From: Octopus bimaculoides
Taxonomy: Eukaryota
Length of the DNA: 64,000 nucleotides
Direction: 5' to 3'
Assembly: GCF_001194135.2 (NCBI RefSeq)
Contig: NC_068986.1
Coordinates: 2,486,348-2,550,347, forward strand
Part shown: one piece after another, positions 23,136 through 35,196 of the stretch
How positions within the stretch are numbered: the stretch's first letter is position 1
Layout of the letters: every line of letters starts with the position of its first letter
The notes under the pieces: model-generated
Seen by the model: the letters and a program-made list of their open reading frames with translations, nothing else
What the model was told of the DNA's origin: nothing
Databases searched by the model: none
Position numbers and translations under genes: made by a program

Positions 23136-23575
23136 ATTGAATCATCCCATAATGCGTTTTTTTCAATTGCATGAATTAAAAGTTGGAGGGGGATGGGATA
23201 AACTACCTGCATCAACTTGCTATAAAAGCAGGTAGTTATTTTACCTTGTGCTATTCTTAGTGCAAATTTCGAAGAGTGCAGTTCGATTTTAACAGCTATT
23301 TTTTCAAAGCTATAATGAAAGTCACAAAGGAATATATTCAGCTTATTTTGCTTTATGAGTTCAATAAAGGCAACAACGCAACAGAAAGTGTGAGGAATAT
23401 TAATGCAGTATATGGGGATCAGACAATAAACGTAAACCAGTGTCAACGATGGTTCCAGAAACTACAGCCTAGAAGACTAGCCTCATTCTAGAAGATCTGT
23501 AGAGCTTGACAAGGACGTCCTGCAAATCTTGGTGGAACAAAATCCCATTGTAACTATTGAGGAACTATACAGAAA
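23136..23575 (+). mobile_element. Mariner 5' remnant (TIR-like start plus HTH N-terminus)
   Basis: MKVTKEYIQLILLYEFNKGNNATESVRNINAVYGDQTINVNQCQRWFQK, then after a shift VELDKDVLQILVEQNPIVTIEEL; starts next to (TA)n. Confidence 0.8.
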
Positions 23576-23880
23576 GATATATATAAAGACCTTCAATGGC
23601 AATAATTATTTGAAATTATGATTTAGGGTATTTAAGAGACACCACCATGCTGAAAATAGCAGCCAATGAGTGAGATACAGTATTGAGGGAGATAAAAAGT
23701 ATAATGGAAGGACAAAAGCAGGTGTCCCGATGAAGAGGTGAATACATAGTTCCCCTGTCTGGAAAGAGAGAGATGAGATCATGGTACAATGTGAATGTAA
23801 AAGAGAACAGAGGAACAGAAAAGTGTTTTTATTAAGATTAATTGATTTTGAGATAATTTTTAACTGAAGATAATTTTGTC

Positions 23881-24154
23881 ATATTCTGTTGTGTCTGGGG
23901 AGAGTCATTCTCTTTTAGTGCCTTATAATTTAACACATTCACCAGTAAAATTTCCACTTATTTATTTTTTATTTTTCTAAAATTTTTGTTGTGTCTAGCA
24001 ACCTTTTCAATAGTTTTGACTCTATTCAAAAGGTTGCAAGACGCAACGAAAACTTTAGAGAAATGAAAAAGAAATAAGTGGAAATTTTACTGGTGAGTGT
24101 GTTAAATTGTAAGGCACTAAAAGAGAATGACTCTCCCCAGACACCACAGAATAT
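23881..24154. repeat. 274-bp palindrome (133-bp arms, 8-nt loop), probable foldback element
   Basis: Arms 23881-24013 and 24022-24154 pair at 122/133 Watson-Crick positions with no indels. Confidence 0.9.
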
Positions 24155-24781
24155 ACTTCAACACACGAACTCGCATAAGGAATCTTGCAAACCAAATCCC
24201 AAAATGAAATTTTGTAACAGCTTTTGCTTTTTGTTTTGTATTTTCAAACTCAAATTAATATCTGCTCATTTGTATAAGGAAAGACAGGCATGGCTGTGTA
24301 ATAAGAAGCTTGCTTCCCAACCACATGATTCAGGGTTCAGTCCCACTGCATGGCACCTTGTCCAAGTGTCTTCTACTATAGCTTTGGACTGACTAAAGCC
24401 TTGTGAGTTAGATGAAAACTGTAAGAAACCCATTGTGTGTGTGTGTGTATACATGCAATGCAAACTCTGCACATGGGTAGGTCACAGAAAGTTCAACAAC
24501 AAAACTAAGTTTATTTACACAATATTTGATGACTTATATGAATAAACACTCACTTTATATTGCTTTCTCAATGTATACAGATATACAAACACACACACAC
24601 ACACACACATGGCCAAGAGAAAAGTTCATTTGGATTGTATTAGGAGACATGTATTAGTGTAGGAGTTTTTTTAATGTCTTATTTGTTTGATGTTTTATAA
24701 ACAGTGAGCATTATTATTAAGTTCTCTCACTGCAGGTTTTTAAGTGAAGTTTGTTTATAAAATATTTGATTACTTATATAT

Positions 24782-24968
24782 CAGTGCTCTGCAACCTTTT
24801 TTTAACTTGTGGTACACTTATATTCTTTACAAAATTTGGCGGCACATCTGAACTAAAAATATAAGTAAAAGTATAGGAGGCAAAATTATATTTAGGTTAC
24901 ACTGTAGAACACCTAGTATCCTCTCATGGCACACCAGTGTGCCACAGCATACCACTTGCGGAGCACTA
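24782..24968. mobile_element. hAT-like MITE
   Basis: Termini cagtgctctgcaa / ttgcggagcacta; internal ggcacaccagtgtgcc; flanks acttatat / acttctat resemble an 8-bp target duplication. Confidence 0.55.
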
Positions 24969-25027
24969 ACTTCTATGAATAAACACTCACTTTGTTTTGT
25001 TTTCTCAATATATACACACACACATTT

Positions 25028-25245
25028 AAGGTGACGAGCTGGCAGAAACGTTACCCCACCGGGTGAAATGTTTAGCAGTATTTCATATGTCTTTATGTTC
25101 TGAGTTCAAATTCCGCCGAGGTCGACTTTGCTTTTCATCCTTTCAGGGTCAATAAATTAAGTACCAGTTGCATACTGAGGTTTATTTAATCAACTGACCC
25201 CGTCCCCAAAGATTTTGGGCCTTGTGCCTAGAGTAGAAAAGAACA
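25028..25245 (+). mobile_element. tRNA-derived SINE family B (ggcgagctggcagaa...ctgagttcaaattccgccgaggtcgactttgc...ggccttgtgcc)
   Basis: B-box-like gagttcaaattcc. Related + copies at about 11040-11260, 15812-16030, 27525-27730, 30500-30960 and 46340-46548; related - copies at about 2860-3040, 3400-3610, 8150-8260, 22395-22580 and 57780-57955. Confidence 0.8.
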
Positions 25246-26492
25246 TATACACACAGATACAAACACACACACACAGATACAAACACACACACACACATAT
25301 GTCATTGCTATTGATTAAGTCCAGTGACCTCCTACATGAGCAGATATATGGCACAGAGCTGGCCCAATGCTAAAGGTTTTGGTTGGTTGGTTTACATTAT
25401 TATTAAGTTGTCTCACTGCAGGTTTTAAGTGAAGAATCCATGTGAAATTGCTTAAAATCCCTGGGGCATAATGTGAATGTAGTTTATGAAGACGAGATGA
25501 TATTGAGCAACTTAAATGAGAAGTGTTCAGTTCAGTGTAATAATTATTGTTAGTCTACTAGAAATAACTTTATGTAGTAGTTGTGTATGTAAGGTGCATT
25601 CTGTGTTGTGCGTGTTATTTACTGTCTTCCTTTCTTTTTTCCATCTTGTCATTCACATTTCCTGTTAATTTCATTTTGTTAACCAAGTTTCAAGACTCAT
25701 GGTGAAGCAAAGATCTCACCACAGAAGTTAGATTATGTTCAGACTGGTAACTGGAAATTTCATTATTTTAATTGGAACTCTAAAGATGGACTACTGGCTA
25801 CTGTTACAGCTATCAGACTTTCTATGAAATTGGTAATAAACACTTCTTGTTTTGCTTTATTTTTTTAACAATGAAATACTTTCAGAACTAAATGATTAAA
25901 GTCTATTTCCAAGAGTTACCAGTGTAAGAATGACTAATACTGACTGTCTCATTGTCTGATGAAGAAGACATTGCAATTGAGAATGGTAACTGTGAATTCC
26001 CTTCTGTGATAGAGATGCCAACTTTGTGGCTAGAGACTGTTAACTAATATCGTGTGTCAAAGGTTACTCAGTTACCCACAACGTATTGAAAGGATGAAAG
26101 AGATGGAGAAAGAAATAAAACAATATTTTTAATAATTTTATTTTTAGTAAAATATTCATATTTTATTGTTGTTACATGGTTTTTTGTTTTAGTTTTTCTT
26201 CACTGAGTCCAAACCAATATTATCTATCGAAAATTGTATTTAAATTTTTTATTTTTTATTTACCATTTTTTTTTTACTTTCAAGCAGTTGCTTTATTTTG
26301 TATTTCTACATTTCTTCTTCAACATTTACTAGTTTCAAATCCAAATCTATTTATTTTCACCTCTTACAAAAAAAAAAAAAAGCATGTTCAGTTCATCCTA
26401 TGTACAGAAAATTCTATTTAATATTCTATGTAACCCTTTTAATACAAACCCACCAGAGACTTCCCTTGGTTCTGTTGTACAAATCTCCTGTT

Positions 26493-26710
26493 TTAACCCC
26501 TTAGTATTTGAGCAATCCATATCTGGCCCAAATATTATAACGGTTTTATGTTCAAACTGGTCAGATCTAGCCTCTCATACCTACCTTACAATGTCATTTA
26601 AAAAATAAACAGTCACATCAAAGCTACAAGACAAAGCATGATTAATTAAAAATAATGTGAATAGATAAGCATTATATTTGACAGAGTAATCTGAAGGCTA
26701 AAGAGTTCAA
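26493..26710. mobile_element. piggyBac-type MITE
   Basis: ttaaccccttag ... gtaatctgaaggctaaagag. Confidence 0.75.
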
Positions 26711-27071
26711 ATGAACCACCATGGTGCAACTCAAACGATGATGGTCAGACACCATCAAGAAAAGCGTACTATACAAAATACTAGTTTAGAAATCTAAAAA
26801 ATCCAAGAGAAAATTTGTGATCCATAAAATCTATAAAATATTAGACTAAAAATTTTAATCAGTTTAGTAAATTTATAAAAATGTAAGTATTATGTATGTA
26901 TGTGTATGTGTGTGTATAGATGTATGTATATATGTATGTGTGTATGTATGTATGTTAGTATGTATTATTCATGTCCAGAATTTTAGAAGCTTTGAGCATG
27001 GCCTGTAGTCAAATGACTGAAACAAGAAGAAGAATAAAAGAATATATATAATATATATATATATGTATATG

Positions 27072-27115
<44 letters not shown>

Positions 27116-28009
27116 AGTCAATGAAGAGGTAAAGGTGGAAAGCTGACAGACAACTGAGAAGGTCAACAAGGTGAAAGAATGTTGCTCCTAAATCACTGAC
27201 AAAACAATAATATCCATTGTCCTGCGTTTAAGGCTTGGCAAAAATATAACTAATAGAGATTCAGTGTACTCAGTTCATATTTGCAGTCTATTCTAAGCTA
27301 TGTGGTGTCCTGATCTGCTAGAAATAGAAACCAAGTCTCTCAGATCAGAGTCTCCCCTCTTGAAAAAGGAAGGACACATAGGATAATGTAATTCAAAGGA
27401 AGACCAGACGGTCATTGCTGGAACTCCTTTAATGTGTCCCTTAAGATCAGGGTTGATTAAGTAGTAAACAACAACAGCATAGCCCATATCTATTTCTTGT
27501 TATTATTAAGAGAAATAAGGCCGTAAGCTGGCACATCCATTAGCACACTGGACCAAGTGCTTAGCGGCATTTCATCCATCTTTATGCTCTGAACTCAAGT
27601 TCCATAGAGGTCAGTTTTGCTTTTCGTCCTTTTGGGGTTGATAAAATAAATACAAGTCTGGGGTGGATGTAATCAACTTACCCCTCCTTTCAAAAACTAC
27701 CGTTCTTGAGCCAAAATTTGAAACCATTATTATTTAGAGAAATAATCTTCCATTTTGAGATAACTGCATATGATGAGGTTTTTTGTCTCTGTCAGCCCTA
27801 ACATCAATTTATGTCTTGGTAAAAACAAAAGCAACAAGTAATTTCAAAATGCCTATCAGCTATTGCACTGAATGGACATTGGCTAATTTGTTTTACTGGG
27901 CTTTTAATTGTCAGAATGTCAGACAAAATGCTTAGTGGCATTTCTTCTAGTTCAGAGGTATTTGGATTCTTCAGAGTTCAAATATTTTCAGGGGCAATCA
28001 AATAAGTAG

Positions 28010-28996
28010 CAATCAAGTGCACCAATTATTACAGCAATAATTGTTGTCTTAGTCTTTCACAGTCTCCTCAACGCTCTGGCGAGATCCAGATATTTCTCCA
28101 TGTTTTCAATTTCTTTGCTATCAGCTCTACAATCATAGGGAATCACAAAATCTGTGACCTTAACACTGTTTATTTTGTCCTTCCCTTGCTTCAGTTGTAT
28201 TGTCAGTCTTTATAAGGAAGTCCTACAAGATCCTGTAATTCTCAGTTTCTATCACAGCCTTTGGTTCATATTCATACTACTTTTCTTTTATTTTGAAGTC
28301 ACACACTCATCTAATATCCTGATGCACTCTTTTGTTGACATAGTCATGCCTACACTTATACTCCTTTTGTGCTAGTTTACTGCACTCACTCAAAATATGA
28401 TTGATAACTTCAGCTCCTTTACTGCAGATTCTACATTTGCTGTCTGAGTGAGTTTTTTTTTTTGAGCTTTGCCTTTATCAGATTTATTCTAAGGGTTTGT
28501 TCCAGAATGGCTTTAATTAGCAATTCTGTCACTCATTTCAAGTTCCTGTCAGCATTCTTTACTTTCAACTTTCTTGGTTAGTTCCATGAATTGACCATGT
28601 AATTACATTTCTTTCCATTTGCTTGTTCTATGGTTCTTCCTTTTCTCTTTGATTTCTCCGTCTGTTCCAGTCACCCTTTTTTTTCCTCTGGTGGGGAGTG
28701 AGGCAGATATCTTTGGCTGCAAATAGTATACTTACTTTACTCTGCACAACATAATTTTTCAGACCCAGTATGAACACTATGAACAGTGTTTTCAGCATTT
28801 AGTAATCCATTGGCACCTTTCTTTCTTGGTAGGTGGAGTCTGTCAGTATTTCTCTAGAGTGGTGGTCATCATGCATTGTGAACAACTTTCAAGTTCTTCT
28901 ATCCAAGTCCTGTAGCTTGATCTTTGTCCATTTCAAAAAGGGAGCAAAGTACCACAGTACTGGCATAACCCATGTATTTATGGCTTTGATGACCCT
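28010..28996 (-). mobile_element. Degenerate R4/Dong-clade non-LTR retrotransposon (post-RT region, CCHC finger, restriction-like endonuclease)
   Basis: Minus-strand translation across stops and frameshifts: IKAINTWVMPVL.Y...LDRRT.KLFTMH...DRLHLPRKKG...KCRIC...INHILSECSKLAQKEYKCRHD...YEYEPKAVIETENYRIL.DFLIKTD...AVIIGAL. Confidence 0.8.
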
Positions 28997-29544
28997 GTGC
29001 CAAAACTTGAAACCATTATTTATTATCATCATTATTTTACCGATGACGACAACAACGACAATGACAACAGCAACAATGATGATGACGTTTACTATGAATA
29101 TTTTCTGACTAAAATTAATTCTGGAACAAACAATGGAAACCTAAGAATAACTGAAGTGGACTTAAGTAGATTAATTCTATTAATTCTTTTGTATCTACAG
29201 ACATTTGGCACAGTTTCAGTCATATATAATGTTGATCATGCTGTTGTTGTTGTTGTTGTCGATTTAATACACTGTGATATGTTATTTTGCTGTCCAATTT
29301 GTTATTCTTAACATTTCTGGCATAATTTCCATTGCGTACTGATCATAGGACAAGACATAGCATTAAAAACAAAAAAAACTAACAAACCATGTTATTACTT
29401 TAAATATCATACTGTTACCATCATGTCTGACCATTATGGTGCCAATAAAGATATACTATGTTTGGTTATAATACTTATTTAATCTCTGATTGGCAGAATA
29501 ATTGGAAGAGATTTCAAAGGAAAGTATTTGTGAAATATAGCAGG

Positions 29545-29870
29545 CATGGCTGTATGGCTGAGTGGTTAAGAAGCTTGCTCTGCAGCTGTGTGATTCCAGG
29601 TTCAGTCCCATTATGCAGCACCTTGGGCAAGTGTCTTCTTTTATAGCCCCTCAGTTGACCGATACTTTGTGAGTGAACTTGGTAGATGGAAACTGTATGG
29701 AAAACCTGTTGTATATTTATATATGTACTTGTGTGTGTTTGTCCCCCACCTCACTGGTGTTAGTTTGTTTACATCTTTGTAACTTAGCAGTTCAACAAAA
29801 GAGACCAATAGAATCAGACTTAAAAAATAAGTATCAGGATCGATTTGTTTGACTAAAACCCTTCAAGGTG
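29545..29870 (+). mobile_element. SINE family A
   Basis: ggcatggctgtatggctgagtggttaagaagcttgc... through ...gactaaaacccttcaaggtg. Confidence 0.75.
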
Positions 29871-30374
29871 AGATTTGAGAGAGATTTTACTGCTATATCT
29901 AACACCCTGAGCAACTATCTGGCAACGTCTTCATTGGTTCAAGTTCAGGCTGTTGTTGTAGACATTGTCCTTTCCCAGGTCAGCCATGATCAGGTAGTCC
30001 TATAACCAAAGGCATTCCATCTGTGCACAGGGTATAATATGAGGGAGATTTGGCTTCTGTTTCTAGCAGACTAAACAGCCATGTATAGACTTCTTTGGTG
30101 GCTCTATACACAGCAAAATAATAAGGGTAGTTATTTATTTTTAACAATTTAGTAGGAGGAAGAAAAGACAATGCCTGTGATTATTCGAAGTTAAACTCCC
30201 AAACTGTTGAAAGCGATGTGGCTGATATCCAGCCCGAAATAGTCAACCACTTCTGGTTGTTGTTGTTGTTCTTGTTCTTGATCTTGTTGTACCGGTCAGA
30301 TCTATCATCAAAAAATACTGTGAACAAGTAACACACTTCAATGTAATCTTCACAAATATGGGTGGGTAATAAAT

Positions 30375-30495
30375 CACTGCTGCTGCTGTTGTTGTTGTTG
30401 TTGTTGTCGTCGTTGTTGTTGTTGCTGCTGCTGCTACTGCTGCTGCTGCTGTTGTTGTTGATGTTGCCATCATTGTCATCATCGTTGTTGTTGTG
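30375..30495. repeat. Compound (GTT)n/(GCT)n/(GTC)n trinucleotide repeat
   Basis: Seen directly. Confidence 0.85.
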
Positions 30496-30961
30496 GTAAG
30501 AAGCTGGGAGAGTCATTAGGATGTCAGAAAATATGCCTCGCCGCATTTATTCTGACTCCTTATGTTCTGAGTTCAAATCCCGCTGAAGTCAACTTTGCTT
30601 TTTAGCCTTTCAGGATTAACTTTACCATTCAGCCTTTCAGGGTCAATAAAATAAAGTACCAGTCAAGTAATAGAGCAAATGGTATCAACTTACATTTTTT
30701 TCCCTCAAAATAACTGGCTCCATTGTCTCTTAAGAAAGAAAACCATTAAAAGACTAGCAAAATCATTGGTGCACTGGAAAAACGTTTGGCAATATTTGTC
30801 TTAGCTGTTTATGTTCTGAGTTCAAATCTTTCTTGGGTCAACTTTGCCTTTCATGTTTTTTGGGCTCAATAAAATTAAGTACCAGTCATGTACTGGGGTT
30901 GACATCATTGACATAACCCCTCATCTCAAAATTGCTAGCCTTATATCAAAATTAGAAAGGT

Positions 30962-31118
30962 GTAGGAGTGGCTGTGAGGTAAGAAGCTTGCTTCCCAGCC
31001 ACGTGATTCTGGGTCCAGTCCCACAGCATGGCACCTCGGGCAAGTGTCTTCTATTATAGCCTTGGGTCAACCAAATCCTTGTGAGTGGATTTCGTAGAGG
31101 GAAACTGAAAGAAACCTG

Positions 31119-31166
<48 letters not shown>

Positions 31167-31390
31167 GTATGCATATATTTGTGTGTGTGTCTATGTTTGT
31201 CCCCCCACCATCATTTGACAACCGATGTTGGTGTGTTTACATCCCCGTAACTTAGTGGTTCATCAAAAGAGACCGATAGAATAAGTACTAGGCTTACAAA
31301 GAATAAGTCCTGGGGTCGATTTGTTCGACTAAAGGTGGTGCTCCTGCATGGCCACAGTCAAATGACTGAAACAAGTAAAAGAGTAAAAGA
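30962..31390 (+). mobile_element. SINE family A, full length
   Basis: gtaggagtggctgtgaggtaagaagc head, (TA)n linker, gaaacaagtaaaagagtaaaag tail. Confidence 0.85.
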
Positions 31391-32488
31391 ATTATTATTG
31401 CTGTTACTATTGTTAAGTTGGCAGAATCTTTGGCACATCAGGTGAAAGGCTTAGGAACATTTCTTCCAATTTCTTACCTTCTGAGTTCAAATGAGCTTCT
31501 TAACCACATAGCCATGCAGCCATTGGCATCTTGCTGTACCCAAGAAGACCCCTACTGCACAGCAAAAGTGTTGAGGCTGGTCCCTGGTAGAGACGATTGG
31601 CTTGCAAGAGTCCTGTGTCAGTGCCACGTAAAGAGCACTCATATGATACCATGTAATTTGCTGTAGCAGATGTTACTGCAATTTGAACCAGGAACCCCCA
31701 ACTTTATTTTAAAGGATGTGTATAGGAAATTGGTCTTGTGGTGGATTGGAATGAATATAATTAACAAAGATAAAAGTAAGGAGAAGAAGAAAGTAAAGAA
31801 AATTGAGGGGGGGGGAGGAAGAACAAGAACAATGATGAAGAAGAAGAAGAAGAAGCTTTTGTATTTAGCTATCAGTTTTTCTTTGCGAATATATGGAGTT
31901 TGTGGTGTGTGTGTGTAAGTATTTTGTGGTTCTGTTTATATTTAACGTCTTCAGGCAAAAAAAAATGAAAGAAAACTCTGTGTCCATTGGTTGAACAGTA
32001 ATAGTAACCGAAATACAGATAAACCACCAATTCTTCAGAGAAACTTTTATTCACCTCATTTTCACAGTAAATAAATGACACTGTAATAGCCCACACATTC
32101 ACACAAACATGCACGTCCATATGCACACACATATGCACAAATGATGCCATCTTTCATGCTTTCTTAGGTTCCTGCATACAGGCGTCATTCACATGCCAGA
32201 CATGCGCTGTCACCATGAGCAGTCAGAGACAGACCACAACACAAAACAAAATATCCTTTAACTAGGACATGATAACCCGGTCTCTCTCAACTGCACAAAC
32301 CTACAATCATTGCACACATCAAAGAATCACATCACACACATACATATAAATACAGACTCTTCTATGTATAGATTCACAGTTAAATTCTTTAATGTTAATG
32401 TAAATTTTAGGCATTCTTGACAATCCCTCTCAGTGACATCATATATCTATCTGCTTGTCTATATATCTGTCTTTCTCTCTCTCTTTTG

Positions 32489-32530
<42 letters not shown>

Positions 32531-33238
32531 ATATATATACATATATACATATACACAGACACGACAGAAGTAAACAGACACCCCATAGAACATCGTTTAT
32601 GATTATTATAACTTGTAAAGGACTGTTACAATAAGTGTGTGAATCTGAGAGGGGAATTTGTTGGATAAAATCATAATTAACCGATCCTCTTGTATTTTCT
32701 TTTACCCAAAGCCAGGAGCTTTTCACCACCCCATCATATACAGGTTCCTGATCAACATTGACTGAGAGAGAGCCAGCTGCCAATGACTGAAGTGAAACAG
32801 GAGATACCAAACACTATACTGTTATATTCAATTCCCCTTGATTTCATTATTTGTTTGAATTATGATGGAGCTGATAAAATAAGTACCAGAAAAATATTGA
32901 AGTCATTTTAATTGGCTATACTCTAACTACTCGACAGATTTACCGCTGCCTTGTGCCAACTATAGAGATCAATATTCACTTGGTATTAGCATAAAAGAAG
33001 AAAAGAAAATGAAGATAACAATTCTGTAGTGTTCTATCTTTTACATTAGAAATCCACAGATATATCTCTTTGACTTATTTGCAGCAACTAAAAATAACTG
33101 TCTAATTTGAAACTTGGCAAATTCTTTTATTGTTAGACAATATAACTATATTCTAGTTTCTGGCTTTTCTAGAATAAACCTGTCTAGTTACTATTGAAAA
33201 TTTTATTTTTAGAAGCTTTAATATATCTATATATCTAT

Positions 33239-33302
<64 letters not shown>

Positions 33303-33834
33303 NNNNNNNNNNNNNNNNNNNNNNNNNNNNNNNNNNNNNNNNNNNNNNNNNNNNNNNNNNNNNNNNNNNNNNNNNNNNNNNNNNNNNNNNNNNNNNNNNN
33401 NNNNNNNNNNNNNNNNNNNNNNNNNNNNNNNNNNNNNNNNNNNNNNNNNNNNNNNNNNNNNNNNNNNNNNNNNNNNNNNNNNNNNNNNNNNNNNNNNNNN
33501 NNNNNNNNNNNNNNNNNNNNNNNNNNNNNNNNNNNNNNNNNNNNNNNNNNNNNNNNNNNNNNNNNNNNNNNNNNNNNNNNNNNNNNNNNNNNNNNNNNNN
33601 NNNNNNNNNNNNNNNNNNNNNNNNNNNNNNNNNNNNNNNNNNNNNNNNNNNNNNNNNNNNNNNNNNNNNNNNNNNNNNNNNNNNNNNNNNNNNNNNNNNN
33701 NNNNNNNNNNNNNNNNNNNNNNNNNNNNNNNNNNNNNNNNNNNNNNNNNNNNNNNNNNNNNNNNNNNNNNNNNNNNNNNNNNNNNNNNNNNNNNNNNNNN
33801 NNNNNNNNNNNNNNNNNNNNNNNNNNNNNNNNGG

Positions 33835-34031
33835 CTTCCTGGAAAGTTCCGAGGGTCAGCTACTTACTAGAAAGTTCCGAGGGTCAGCTACTTACTAGAA
33901 AGTTCCATTGATGGGACTTCCTGGAAACTTCCAAGTACGAGACTTCCTGGAAAGTTCCGATTATGGGGCTTCCTGGAAAGTTCCGATGATTTCCTGGAAA
34001 GTTCAGAGGATGTGGCTTCCTGGAAAGTTCC
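33835..34031. repeat. Array of eight 16-bp direct repeats (cttcctggaaagttcc) with 5-12 nt spacers
   Basis: Units start at 33835, 33863, 33891, 33917, 33943, 33969, 33990 and 34016; the array abuts a gap on the left. Confidence 0.85.
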
Positions 34032-34565
34032 AAAGAACCACTGCAACAAGTGTGTGAATCTGAGAGGGGAATATGTTTAATAAAATCATAATTAACTGAT
34101 CCTCCTGTATTTTCTTTTACCCAAAGCCAAGAACTTTTCAGCACTCACTTGCAAGTACTGATGTCAATTTGTTTGACTAAGCCCTTTAAGTTGGTGCTCC
34201 AGTATGGCTGCATCGCAACAGCTGAAACAAATTAAAGATTAAAGAAAAGAGGAAAAGCTTATGTCTAAAATGAGTAATGTATTGTAAAGTGTTCTCCCTG
34301 ATAATCAATTAGCTACCATTCCGTATAAACACTCTAACAAGGAACGAGTCAATTAAATTCCAAATAAATTCAGCATAAAGCAAAGCAAAACGGAAAAAAA
34401 ATTGATAGACAATAGATATGTAGAGTGCATTATTCATCCCAAGGTTAAAAGAGGAATTATTTTTCCTTTTTCTCAAATGGAGTAACAGATTAGAAATGTC
34501 AGTGTCCTCTTATTGTGTCATATAAACTTATCAAACTCATAAACTTGAAAACAAAAAAATTAAAT

Positions 34566-35196
34566 AATTTAACTCTTTAATATTTAAACCAACTATATCT
34601 TGTCCAAACTGTCTACCTTTTTTTATATGTGTGTTCAAACTGGCCAGATCTGGCCTCTCACACCTACCCTACAATGTCATTCTAAAAATACATCACATGT
34701 GATAATCTTTTAACCTTTTACTTGTTTCAGTAGTTAGACCATGGCCAAGCTGGGGCACTGCCTTGAAGAATTTTAAGTCGAATGAACTGACCCCAGTGCT
34801 CATTTGTTTTTAAAGTCTGGTACTTATTCTATCAGTCTCTTTTGCCAAACCACTAAGTTACAGGGATGTAAACACACCAATACCAGTTGTCAAGTTGTGG
34901 TGGGGGACAAATACATACATAAAGACACTCACTCACACACACACAAACAAACAAATATACAACAGGCTTCTTTCAGTTTCTCTTTACCAAATCCACTCAC
35001 AAGGCTTTGGTTAGCCTGAGACTATAGTAGAAGACACTTGCCCAAGGTGCCACGCAGTGGAGTTGAACTTGGAACCATGTAGTTGGGAATCAGGCTTCTT
35101 ACCATGTAGTCACACCTGTGCCTATAATGCATGATTAATTCAAGACAGTGTTAGTAAATATGCGTTTGACAGATCTAAATGAATACCAAAGGCTTA
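34566..35196. mobile_element. piggyBac-type MITE split by a SINE insertion
   Basis: Left half about 34566-34706, right half about 35123-35196; ataat duplicated at the SINE junctions. Confidence 0.65.
34707..35122 (-). mobile_element. SINE family A, full length, nested in a MITE
   Basis: Reverse complement of the family A consensus. Confidence 0.8.

Noticed and set aside
25683-26052. Open frames of about 60 codons (+, 25683-25868) and about 46 codons (-, about 25912-26052) in unique sequence
   Set aside because: No recognisable homology, weak splice context and no phase-compatible partner exons found.
33835-34031. CRISPR array
   Set aside because: The repeats (16 bp) and spacers (5-12 nt) are far shorter than CRISPR units, one spacer is duplicated, no cas genes are present, and the context is a eukaryotic transposon end. 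Kept only as an unusual repeat.
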